A stretch of DNA of 35,330 nt from Chrysochromulina tobinii. Lineage: Eukaryota. The stretch covers positions 1 to 35,330 of the forward strand of contig JWZX01002498.1 of the NCBI GenBank assembly GCA_001275005.1, written 5' to 3'. Positions 1 to 11,314 of the stretch are shown one piece after another. Each line of letters begins with the position of its first letter. Within the stretch, counting starts at the first letter, position 1. The position numbers were made by a program, and so were the translations under genes. The notes under the pieces are model-generated. The model was not told the origin of the DNA. It did not search any database and was given only the letters and a program-made list of their open reading frames with translations.

Positions 1-762
1 GCGCTGCGTGCGCATGCGGCCTATCCTCTACCGATGATCGCCACTGCGCTGGAGGCTCGCCGGCTGCCATGCTGGCCGCCTCGGCTCGGCCACGGCTGTC
101 TTGCGCTTGCGTGATGCAAGCGCGGGGACCGTGCGACGCGTCAAGATGACGCGCGAAGATCGCGCCGCGTGCCTCTGAACGGCCCGCTGACCAATCCCCG
201 AGCACGGTCGCAGCCACCAAACGACCAGCCGAGGAAAGGTGGCCCGCTGAGCACCTGCCAGCCGCCATGGCAGCACCTAGGTGCTCGTAATCACGGCCAC
301 CGCTGCCGCTTGACCACCGCCCTGCTCATCCCGGCGACCGCCTTCGGGCCGCTTCTGTTGCTCAAAGCCTGCACACGGGTTTAGGAAGCACGCTGTGTCA
401 GCGATGGGTGGATTGTGCAAGGCGAGCGAGCACGGCAGGATGGTGGCTCGCTCAACGGGGACAGGCCGCTTGCTTGCTGTCCTTGGCTCGTGCCGTTCTG
501 GCCATGACGGGCGCTGACAGCCATGAGGAAGCGCACTAAAAGCCGCTCGAATGGTCGTGAAAAAGCCGTGAAGCTTGCACTAAAAGACTCGCGCGACTGT
601 GGGGAAAGGCACTAAAAGACCCACTAAAAGATCCACCAGCACCGTCCAAAAATCCAAAAAGGTCCTTCATTCTCGCTCGGAGCAAAAGGCTCCGTGAATT
701 CACACCCGTGAGCCATAGAGCGCGCGCCGCTCCCTTACGGCTCTTAATGAAGGCCCTGATGC

Positions 763-3071
763 ATGCGCGTGCTTTCAAAACTGTGCCCAGACGTTCAACG
801 CGCCTCACAAATGGTGGTCGCTTGCACGACGTCAGACACCACCGACGACTCGATATTCCTCACCTCTGCGTCGACTACGCGTGGCTCGGTTGTGAGTTTC
901 GAGGCAGCGCCCACGCCCGGAGATGCCCCCATGCGCTCTCGCAAGCTCAGCATGGACAGCGTCGCCTCGAGTGTGAGTTTCGAGGACCACTGCGAGTCGT
1001 CTCCGGCGAAGGCCAAGGTGCCGGACGAGCCTCAGCACTCGCTGCCGAACGACGTCGCACTGGGCCCGATCATGAGCGAGGCGCTTGCAGCGGTTAGCTT
1101 TGGGGCCGGCGCGCACGAGGCTCGCTTCTCGCGGCTCTGGACGCAGCAGCATTGCCGCGAGCTCACCGCAAGCTTCACGTGGCACGCCGTCTGCGAGCAG
1201 TTCCAAGAGAAGGACGCTGCCACCGCGGACCGCATCTTCTCGCACGTGGCCACCGCGTACGCACGCGCGCTCAGAAGCGCGCGAACGGCCGACCAGAAGG
1301 ACACTCTCGCATGGTACTTACCCCTTACCCCGAGGCTATCGAAACTTCCTGAGGACCCCTGAGGAGCACCTCTGATGACCTTTGATGACCTTTGATGACC
1401 TCTGATGACCTCTCCTTCATCACAGGTACCTACCCGAGGCGATCGCCGCCGCCGCCGTCACCGCGCTGCGCGAGGCCTACCCGACGCTTGGGGGAGAGCG
1501 GGACCAGGCCAGAAGGACGTTTGATGCAACGCTGCGGCGCACCCTGTTCGACCGTTTCGTTTTCTTCTCATCCGGATTTGGGGGCGTGCGCGACGTAGAG
1601 TGCGCCACGACCTCGCGCCACACCGAACGCGCCAGCGTCCCCGAATCGAGTGTGAACGTGAACGAATCGACAGAGGCGGTGATCCACAGGGGAGGTCACA
1701 GGGGAGGTTCGGTAGGAGGTGCGGCAGGAGTTGGAGATGGACGTGGCCACGCGGGCGGTCGAACAGGCATCGCGGGCAGCACAGGCAGCCTGCAGACCAG
1801 AGCTCTCGCGTCAAGCAGCCGTGGTGGCGGCGACGCGCATGCAAAGAGCGCCCGGGACAGCGCGGGGGACTCTCGCCAAGCGGCCCTGGCGCTTTGGACG
1901 GAGCAGCGGAGCGAGGTCGCCGCGCTCAGCGTACGCGAAAGCATCCCGCTGAGCATCGATTGGAAACGGCAGACGCTCGCGTACGCAAGCTGCCATGACC
2001 TGTGCAAAATACCTATATCCTTCTACTTGTATACTTGATGGCCGTTGATTGACGTTGATTGCGACCGATCTCCACACACTGAGTGCCACCGATTGAGAGT
2101 CTTGATTGCTTCCCTCATCAGAGGTCCCTAATTGGGATCTCGAATGCCAACGTGATTGCTTCCCTCATCACAGGTCCCTAATTGGGATCTCGAATGCCAA
2201 CGGCTCGTCGGAGGCGCAGGCGGCGTTTCGGCAAAGCCTTCGAGAGAGGGCCGAAGCGGAGCGCCTTGCGCTCCAAGGTGTGAATGTGAAGAAGCTCGAT
2301 GAGCCTCACTCATGCATCATAGGCACGCTCCCCCCTTGAGGCACTGACGACGCACCCGAAAGCCCATGAATAGGACCTTTGATGTGAATACTCGAGTAGG
2401 ACCTTTGACGGCCTTTGATAGCTTCTGATGGCTTCTGATAGCCTCGGATGGCTTCTGATAGCCTCTGATGGCGCCCCTCATCAGGCACGCTCCCGTCTCT
2501 CCGACGTACTCGACGCGACATGGCGGCATGCTCGCCGCTGATGGGGCGCTTCATCGAGCTTCGTCAACGCGCGAGCGCCGCTTCGGCGCGTGATGGTCCA
2601 TACTACATCCGCCCGAATCCGGTAAAGGCTACTCTCTCTCACGGCCGCTGATGGCATGCTGATTGCCTCCCTCATCAGGTTACATCTGCCCGAATCCGGT
2701 AAAGGCTACTCTCTCTGACGGCCGCTGATGGCATGCTGATGGCCTCTAACGGATCTCTCTGTGACTGGCTCACTGATGACCTCCCTCATCAGGTGGGCTG
2801 CTCCCTCCTCGAGCATCGAGCCTCGGTGCGCGAGCAGCAGCGCGTCGTAATGGGCACTCCCACGCTGCGCGAGGTGCGCGCTCGACTCGGCGCGCCGCAA
2901 CGAGCGCCTCTGCATGCAAGTGCTCACCACGACGCCCGCCCTCCTTCCCTACAGGTGCGCCTCGACTCGGCGCGTCGCAGGGAGCGCGTCGCGAGAGACT
3001 TCGACAAGTGCATCGCTGGCTTCAGGCACGTCGTTGCGCTTTGTGCGCACGATTGTCCGTCAACGCGGTGA
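763..3071 (+). CDS. FAM227-like (FWWh-domain) protein, 6 exons
   Basis: Frame-consistent model: exons 763-1313, 1426-1980, 2174-2277, 2485-2621, 2793-2873, 2955-3071, all introns GT-AG. Spliced ASFTWHAVCEQFQEKDAATADRIFSHVATAYARALRS..QKDTLAWYLPEAIAAAVTALREAYP..TFDATLRRTLFDRFVFFSSGF follows the FAM227 pattern (FWW..F...D.LF.RIS..Y..L....KD.FF..YP..LA.A....F..AFP...F......SG) by eye. Start codon and last exon uncertain. Confidence 0.6.
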
Positions 3072-3438
3072 CCGCACGCGCGCATAGCCACACAGGACCT
3101 TTCAAGGCGGTTTACAAGGTAAAGTGATACGTCGTTCTAAGGTTATATGCGCCTCGCGAAATGCGGCAACACGACAGAATTGAGCATAGACGTCCATACA
3201 CTGCGAGCTGACCCACACCAGACCACAGACCTCACTCGCACCAGCAGCAGCATACACGTGCTGATTATCAGGCTGATTATATTTATAAATTTTGCGCAGC
3301 ACATATACTGCCGCTTCGTGTACGTGTGTTGAATCTCTACTATGACATCAAAATCTCCAACACTTTCATTTACTAGCTGATTCATGTACCATATGTACTA
3401 TATGACAAACCACAGCTCCCAGATTTACTTACCAGCCG

Positions 3439-4188
3439 TCACTCGCTCTCGCGCTCGACCATGTGCGGCATCATGTGGTCCACCCACAGGTCGAAGACAG
3501 CCTGCGCCACCGTCTCGTACTTGGGCAGCCGCGAGAGGCGATGCCCGACAAGCAGCATCTGCACCGCGTATGCGCGCGCATCATCCGGGAAGAGTTCGTG
3601 TGTCGCGCGGCTCCACAGCGCTGCCGCCTTGGGCACGAGCGCCGCCGCCGAGCCCTCGGCCGCCTCGCCCGTGGCGTGCAGCTCGCGTGCGAGCGAGAGC
3701 GGCGTGGGGTCGCCGGGTTCGGCCGCGGCGTGGATGGAGGCGCCCTTGCGGAGAAGGGCGTGGGCGCGGGCGGCGGGGATGATGGCGAGGTGGTGGAGCG
3801 GCGTGGTCCACTTGTGGGAAGTGGTGAGCCAGGTGGTGAGGGCGCTGTGGCTGCTGCGCCGTGCCAGATCCTCAACTGTGAGATTGGTTCCGTTGACGGT
3901 GAAGGCGCGCTCGGCGCCGTATGAGGAGAGGAGCTGGCCCATGGTGAGGTTGCCGTTGAGGCAGGCGATGCTCATCGGCGTTTCTCCATTCGGGAGGGCC
4001 TTGTTCACATCGGCACCGTGCTCGAGCAGCACAGTGGCGATCTCGACGCGGCTGTAGATGCTGGCTACCAGCAGCGCCGTCCAGTCGCGATCAGTAATCA
4101 GTCGCTGATTACTGTCCGCGCCGTCGGCGATCAAGCGCCGCACCTCGGCAGTGTCGCCACGGAAGACCGCGTTGAATAGCTGCGCCAT
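3439..4188 (-). CDS. Ankyrin-repeat protein, intronless
   Basis: ANK motifs WTALLVASIYSRVEIATVLLEHGADVN, GETPMSIACLNGNLTMGQLLSSYGA, TTPLHHL..LLRKGASIH. ATG at 4188 (MAQLFNAV) preferred; ORF is open to 4230. Confidence 0.85.
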   Translation of the reverse strand: MAQLFNAVFRGDTAEVRRLIADGADSNQRLITDRDWTALLVASIYSRVEIATVLLEHGADVNKALPNGETPMSIACLNGNLTMGQLLSSYGAERAFTVNGTNLTVEDLARRSSHSALTTWLTTSHKWTTPLHHLAIIPAARAHALLRKGASIHAAAEPGDPTPLSLARELHATGEAAEGSAAALVPKAAALWSRATHELFPDDARAYAVQMLLVGHRLSRLPKYETVAQAVFDLWVDHMMPHMVERESE

Positions 4189-5066
4189 CCCTCGCCGAGC
4201 GATACACATGCGAACATGCTCGCGAAGCATGCATTTCCCTACTATGAGCTACATGTATGAAGGGCTTTACTTCTAAACATGTCTAAAAAGTGACGTTGGA
4301 CCTTTTGTGCTGCGCTTACATCGTAGTATACAAACACGTACATGGAACATTTCTATCGGGTGCGAGAACCAGCTGAGCTCGGCACGTGCAAGCTAGCAAA
4401 ATCCAAAACACGCAGTGACTCGGAGTGACGGCAACCAGGACGGCAACAAGCTGTTACCAGGAGGCACTCCCACGTCCCAGATTCATCCATGATTGCATCA
4501 TCGCCGAACGCAACGCCCCATGCGATCTGGCCCAAGCCGCAAGCGCCATCCACCGGCCACATAGTGTACTCCACACGCTCCACAGGCACAGCGGCTCCAC
4601 CCCATTTCAACGACCCCAAGCCCATCCAGCACGGCGCGATCCGCGTCGTCATAACGAGCAGAAGCTCACCGTTCCAGACCCACAAGCCGCTTGCATGCGC
4701 CACAGACCCAACTTTGGAAAGCGCAAGCTGCTTGCATGCGCCACAGACCCAACTTTGAAAGCGAAAGCAGCTCATGGCCTCGAAACCTTGCATCCACGTG
4801 CCATCGTCACATGCGCTTCACATCACATGCGCTTCACACACATCACATGCCCATCAAGCATGTGCCGACGCCCAAGCTAGTGCCATCCAGCGTGTGCCTC
4901 TACACGTCGAGTGCACCTCGTTCTGCACGAGCGACCTCGCTGAGTGACCCTGCGCAGGGGAGATCACCATCTCGAGGGAGATCACCATCTCGAGAGTAGC
5001 AGAGCGAGCTCACGTCTCTCAAGTTGATCTCCCTCGAGATGTTGATCTCCCTCGAGCTCACGTCTC

Positions 5067-5191
5067 TCAAGAGACCCAAAACGCCCGGCGCAGCGCGCTC
5101 AGGAATCGTCAAGAGACCCAAAACGCCCGGCGCAGCGCGCTCAGGAATCGTCAAGAGACCCAAAACGCCCGGCGCAGCGCGCTGAGGAATC
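5067..5191. repeat. 42-bp tandem repeat x3 overlapping the stop of the EF-hand gene
   Basis: tcaagagacccaaaacgcccggcgcagcgcgct(c/g)aggaatcg starts at 5067, 5109 and 5151. Further short direct repeats at about 4688-4768 and 4958-5070. Confidence 0.9.
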
Positions 5192-8100
5192 GCCGTTCAA
5201 AGTCGCGCGTCAGCCTCGCCATCAGCATCTCGTCCTGCAGGTCGTCAAAGCCCGCCTCCTCCTCCAAGCGCTTGACGAGCGCCTCCACCGACCGGGGGAG
5301 CTGCAGAGCCATCGCGCGCTCCTGCGCCCCCTCGATACGCACGAGCTTCTCGCGGAATCGCTGCGCCAACACGAGCACCTCGGGCTTCTTCTTGGCCTCA
5401 TCCGCTGACGTGGGACGCATGGACGCCTTCGCCTTCTCAACCTGTGTGGCGCGGGAGCACGGGTAGTGGCGGTGTGTCGACAGAAGCACATGGCACGCAC
5501 AGCACTACACAGCACTCGCCTGGGTGGGCAGTCCGAGGCACTCAGAGGAGCAGGGCACTCAGAGGCGATCACACGCCTGGTTGGGCCAGTAGCTGTGAAC
5601 AAAGCCACTCATGAGCATCGCCCAAGCCTCGTGCACCAAGCACCAGCCCAGCGGAGGGGCAATTGGCGCCAAGGGCTGTGGAAGAACGGTCGAGGCGCCG
5701 AGCTGGGCGCGTTGTCTCATAGAAGGTGACGGACGAGACGTCCCGAAGTCCTGGGGAGGTGAGGGGTAGGGGTGGGGGTTGGGGTTGGGTTGGGGTTGGG
5801 GGTAAAGTGTTTGGATAGGGTGTGGGGTAGGTGCGGGGGGGGGGTCTGGTAGGGCGTGGGGTACGTGCGGGGAGTCTGGGGTTGGGCGTGGGGTAGGTGC
5901 GGGGTGACCTGCAAGACCGATGTCGACAGGCTAGCGAAGAGCGCGCAGGTGCAGCCCATGGCGCGCCTATACGTGGCTTCCTCCGAAGCTGTCCATGGTG
6001 GCTGTGGCACACAGCTCACGTTTACGAACAGAAAGAGCTCTGAAAGGCTTTGCCGTTTCGTCTCACGATGGAGGTGAGCGATGAGGTTGGCAAAGGCGGC
6101 GCTCGCTTCGGGGCTATCGAGGTCGACCCTCGGCTCGATCTCGGCGACGAGATCGTATCCTAGGGCTCGTGGCTCTACTGCCTCCTTCCCCGCCTCCTTC
6201 ATCGACGCCCCCTCTGCCCGTGTCCCAGGCTGCAATGCCGCCGCGTTGAGCACGAGGATGGAACGGTCAGCACCTGCGATCGCAATCAGACGCACTCATG
6301 GGTACGATCGCAATCCGACGCACGCCGGATAGCGGCAACGGCCTCCTCAGTCGTCATCACTCGTCATCAGTCGTCATCACTCGTCATCACTCGTCATCAC
6401 TCGTCATCAGGGCGCACGTCGGATAGCGGCAACCGCCTCCTCAGTCGTCATCAGTCGTCATCAGTCGTCATCAGTCGTCATCAGTCGTCATCAGTCGTCA
6501 TCAGTCGTCATCAGGGCGCACGTCGGATAGCGGCTACCGCCTCCTCAGTCGTCATCAGTCGTCATCAGTCGTCATCAGGGCGCACGTCGGATAGCGGCTA
6601 CCGCCTCCTCGGGCGTCGCGAAGGCGTCGGCAGGTAGCTCTTGCATGCGCTGGAAGCGCGAGGGCGGCGGGGGCGGCGGGGGCGGCGGGATCGTGTCAAC
6701 CGAGGCGCGGCGCGTGAGCGGGGAAGGGCTGCTGCTTGTCTGGCTGCACGAAAGCGGGGGAGGGCTGCCGCTCGAGCTGCGCGTAAGCGGGGGAAGGTGA
6801 CCGCTCGCCAAGGCGCTCGGCACACTCCTCGCTGCGGCTGTAGGGCCCCCGCTCGAACCTGCATGCAATCGCAAGCACAGACGCCCTCGCATGGTGAGTA
6901 GACAGTGCCAATCAGCGGAGAGATCATATCTCGAAAGGGAACATCAGCGGAGAGATCATTATATTTTTGAAAGGGCCTTTCTCTGCAGGGGCTCGCGCCA
7001 TACCGCCTCCGCCACTGCCTCCGCCACTGCCTCCATGACCGCCTCCGTGACCGCCTCCGTGGCCGCCGCCGCCACCGCTGACGTTGCTCGCGAGAGGGAG
7101 CCCCTGCAGCCCCAGCAGCCAGCTGCACCGCACAAGCTTGAGGACACCCTCAGCAAGCGCCGTCGCGAGCGTCTCGTCGACGGAGCTCATCGTTGATTGC
7201 ACCTGCTCGCGGAAGCTCGGGCCGGCGGGAGGAACGCCCGCGCCCGTCACGGCGCCCTTGCCGACGGCCTGCGAGCGGTGCCCGGCAGCGAGCCCTTTTT
7301 TGCGCTGGTCCGCTAGGCTCACCGCCGTCTGCAGCAACGTGTTGAGCTCCTTGTACTCAATCCTGCCGCCCTCGTCCTTGTCGAGTGAGGCGAAGCGCTC
7401 GTCCGACTCCGCCTGCGTCACGTTAAACCCAAGGGCGCGCAGAGAGCGGAAGAATTCGTGTTGATCGATCTTGCCGTTGCAGTCCTCATCCCATAGTGTG
7501 AGCAGGTCGATTACGCGTGCTGATGAGCGAGAGATCGCTGCGTGCAGCTCATGGTTGATGACCTCCCTGATGTCGACGCTCCCGTCGCCTGTGGTGTCGA
7601 GTGCGTCGAAGCGCCGGCGCAGCGCCTCGTCGCTGAGCCCCTCGCTACGCCCCTCACTGTCCCCCTCGCTGCGACCCTCGCTGCGACCCTCGCTGCGCTC
7701 CCCTTGCTCGCGCGCACGGATGAAGTCGCAGAACTCACCAAAGTCCAGGAGCCCGTCTTGCATGGTGCCCGTGCGCACCTGAGATGATCGAGGCCATATC
7801 AGCATGCAATCAGCATGCAATCACTAGCAATCACCGGAGCCCGCCTTGCATGGTGCCCAGTGCGCACCTGTGATAGGGGAAGGCCATTCGAGGCCATCTA
7901 TCGCAATCAGAGAGGCCCTCAATCGCAATCAGAGAGGTCCTCAGACGCAATCAGAGAGGTCCTCAGACGCAATCAGAGAGGTCCTCAGACGCAATCAGAG
8001 AGGTCCTCAGACGCAATCAGAGAGGTCCTCAGGCGCAATCAGAGGCCCTCTTTTGATTTTGAGTTCTTGGTGCGATTGCATGCAGTGCGCACTTCGTCTA

Positions 8101-10969
8101 CAGATCGAGCTGCTTGCCTCCCTGCTGCGCGCACATCGCGTTGCTTGGCCTCCTTCTCCATGAGTTTCGTCACCTGTGATGAGGGAGGCAATTCGAGGCC
8201 ATTCGAAGACATCAGATGCAATCAGAGGCCATCAACGAGGTTCTCAATGGGCTTCGTCACCGCCGTTCGGGTGCGCATTGCCCCTCTCATCGACTCGAGG
8301 AGCTGATCGACAGCCACATTCTGACATACCTGTGGTGACGAGGGAAGCAATCAGAGCTCATCAGAGGATTCGTCACACTTGTTGCCAATAGAGGCCCAAT
8401 ACTGACGATGGGTAACGATGGGCTCGACGCTCAAGCAATCAGAGCTCATCAGAGGGTTCGCCACACTTGTTGCCGGTAGAGGTCCAATTTAACGATGGGC
8501 TCGACGATCAAGCGTCGAGCCCGGCGCTCTTCGAAGACACTCTCACTCAGGAGCGCGGGAGGTTGCATCTCCCCGCGGTTCGTCAGGAGCGCGGGAGATT
8601 GAATCTCCCCGCTTTTCGAGCGCGAGCCACGGCTCGAGCCCCGGCTGGACAGCGCCAGCCGTTCCCACTTGCTTGGAGGCTTGGCGGGCGGCGGCGGCTT
8701 CGGGCCTGTCTTGCGTGAGGACTTATTCGCAAGGGCAAGCTCGCCGCGGCGCAGCATCCGATAGATTGTGAACGGGCTCACCTGCATGCACAGCCATCAA
8801 TATTCGATCAGCCTGCATCCAGCCTGCCATCAGCCTGCCATCAGCCTGCCATCAGCCTGCCATCAGCGTGCAATCGGCGCGTCATCCTATAGAGTACCTA
8901 ACGATCACATCAGCCATCAATCCATCAATCACCGGAGCAAGCTTCGCAAAGAGCTGATCCACTTGATGAAGGAGGCAATCAGCATGCGGATCACCGGAGC
9001 AAGCTTCGCAAAGAGTTCATCCACTTGATGAGGGAGGGTCGTACTGAACCCAAGGTCGATCATCGTCGCCAATTGGAAGTCGGCACGCAGCAGCTTGCCG
9101 TCGCCATCATAGTCCCATTTGCGGAAGAAGGCGAGCGCCTCGTCCGCGTGCTCGGCGAGCTGCAAGCTGAGTGGCTGCACGGCTTCAAAGTACTGGAGGA
9201 CGAGTGCGTGAGGGCTCGACTCATCCTGAGCACCGCCCGCTCGCGACTGCGCGCGAAGGGCATGCAAGTCCTCAACCTTCACCCTTCCGCGCGCTTCGGC
9301 ATCGAAGGCCAAGAAGAGCTTATCGACGCCCAACGGGTTGATTCCGACACTCCCCGTGCGAGGGAGGGCGGCCCCAAACTGGCGGCGGTTGAGCGCACCG
9401 CCATGCTCATGCGCCTGGGAGAGGAGGACCTCGATCAACAGACCTTTGGCGTTGGCGCCCCGCGTGACGCCCCAGCAACCCGCCGTCTCGAAGAAAGAAT
9501 CCGCGAACATCAGTTTCTCCCTCGATCTCCGTCGATTCATCGAGCCGTTACTCCACTCGTCGAGGACCTTTTTGGCGGCCGTGTCCCCAGCCTGACCCCC
9601 GGGTTCAAGCTCGTGTGGTGAGCCTGGCTCCGCCGGCAGCGGGGAGCCGGGCTTGGGAGGTGGCATTTCGCAGATCTCCTTTTGGGTGATCGGATGACGT
9701 GTCGTGCGCTTGACGAAACGCGTGGGTCCGCCGTGACGAATCATGCGGTGCATCTCGAGGAGGGTGAGCTCACCATCGCCGTCCACATCCAAGCGTTCAA
9801 AGAGGGCATGCAAGTCATGCTTGTCCGCTGGGCGAGCCCGCCGCCTTCAGGGCGGCTCCAAACTCCTTCTCGTCGACGCTGTTGGTCGCGTCCGTGTCCC
9901 ATTGACGGAGCATGTCGATCGTGCGCGCGCCACTTCGAATGAGGCACTCCTGCAGCTTCTCTACGAGCATATCGCCCGAGTACGTCTTCGCCTGTGGCCA
10001 CACGATGGCCATCGTCGGCATGTAGGAGAGGGTCGGGCGATTGCGCAAGTGCGACCTCGTCGGTCTCCCGTCGTCCTTGAGCGACTCCAGTGCGGCCGAA
10101 GAGTCCGCCACGGCACGTGGCGGCACATTGCCACGAGCGAGGGCGCGCAGCAGCTCATGCGCAGCCACGGATCGGGAGGCATGCCTGATGAGGGTCTCGT
10201 GCTCAGGCTCGATGATGGCACGACCAAGCTCCGGCTCAGGGCTGTCGGCATCGGGGGCGGCATCGTCGATGCCGCCGTCGAGGTCGAAGTCCGCAGATCC
10301 AGAGGAGAGCGCACCGCCGTCCTCGGAGTGATTGCATGCTGATTGCACGCCGTCCTCGGAGGAGGTGAGCAGCTCCACGCCGGGTAGAGCGTCGAGCAGC
10401 CCTTGAATCTCAACCACCGAGATATTGAGCGGCGGCCACACCGACTCGTGCTGCGTTATCTGCCAGAGGCCATCCGCGAGGATCGTCTTGTCGACAAAGC
10501 CGTGGCCGTCGTCGAGCTTGGTGAGCAGCTCTCGGATCCGCATGCGTTCCTGCGCCCAGACCCGCACGTTCAGGAGCCGTGCCACCTCGATGGGCGACCT
10601 GTGGAGCACTCGTCCGAGTGTGGAGAGCGGCGCGAGGGTCGGCGACGACCTGCACTTGATGAGCTCGCTCTTCCGACGAGACGGATCAAGCCGAGCACCA
10701 TCACTGAGGAGCTTGGTGAGCTTGGATTGTGGAGCCCCGTACAAGGCAGCCGCAGCATCCACGCCCGGTGGTGGTGGCAGCGGGCCCGGCGCAGAGACGC
10801 AGTACTCAAATATCAGAGGTGGCACGGATCGGCCGCTTGTTCTTTCGCGAGGGGACATGTGCAAGGCTGTTCTCGACCTCGCCGCGTCGTCGGGCGACGC
10901 TTCGGTTGAGTGAGACGCGACCACCCGCCGAGGCCGTGGCGGCGGGATGCCCAAAGTTGGCGACAACAT
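5151..10969 (-). CDS. Large multi-EF-hand protein with C-terminal HET-like region; 9 exons, one apparent frameshift
   Basis: EF-hand loops DTDATNSVDEKE, DVDGDGELTLLE, DYDGDGKLLRAD, DTTGDGSVDIRE, DEDCNGKIDQHE, DKDEGGRIEYKE. Proposed exons 10969-8995 (frameshift near 9830), 8781-8467, 8329-8261, 8173-8093, 7778-7004, 6858-6586, 6273-5909, 5750-5577 (GC donor), 5441-5151; phases are compatible at every junction. Confidence 0.7.
6274..6585 (-). repeat. Intron filled with (GTCGTCATCA)n arrays and nested copies of the upstream exon end
   Basis: 10-bp unit arrays at about 6348-6410, 6442-6514 and 6545-6578, separated by copies of gggcgcacgtcggatagcggc(a/t)accgcctcctc. Confidence 0.85.
7903..8046. 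repeat. 22-bp tandem repeat (CGCAATCAGAGAGGTCCTCAGA) inside intron 7779-8092
   Basis: About 6 copies seen directly in the sequence. Confidence 0.9.
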
Positions 10970-11314
10970 CGAGCGAGCTCCTCCGGCTGGACGGCCTCCT
11001 CGTCTCGAAGACGCGCACAGTGGGGGACTTGTGAAACGTCCGATATTCCCTTTTGCACAAAACCCCGATTGCATGCATTTGTGGAAGTAAGCTACAGTTG
11101 GCTTCGATGGACACATTGCAATTCACAAGCCAGTTCACGAGTTGATTCACGCAAGGATCGCTCTCCCTTCCCGTAAAATGTTCTCCCTCATGCCAGACCA
11201 CGGTGAGCCTCGCGCCCGATCTAACGTGCCCGAGCGACCTTCCGAAACCCCCGCTCAACTATATCCCATTCTACGCGCTCCGCAGGCACGACGGTCAATC
11301 GGCAATCGGAGTTC

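Noticed and set aside
1..530. Short ORFs at the left edge
   Set aside because: No recognisable product or splice-consistent model; cannot be supported from this window.
4353..4999. ORFs of 89-151 aa between the ankyrin and EF-hand genes
   Set aside because: Overlap local duplications and lack recognisable motifs.
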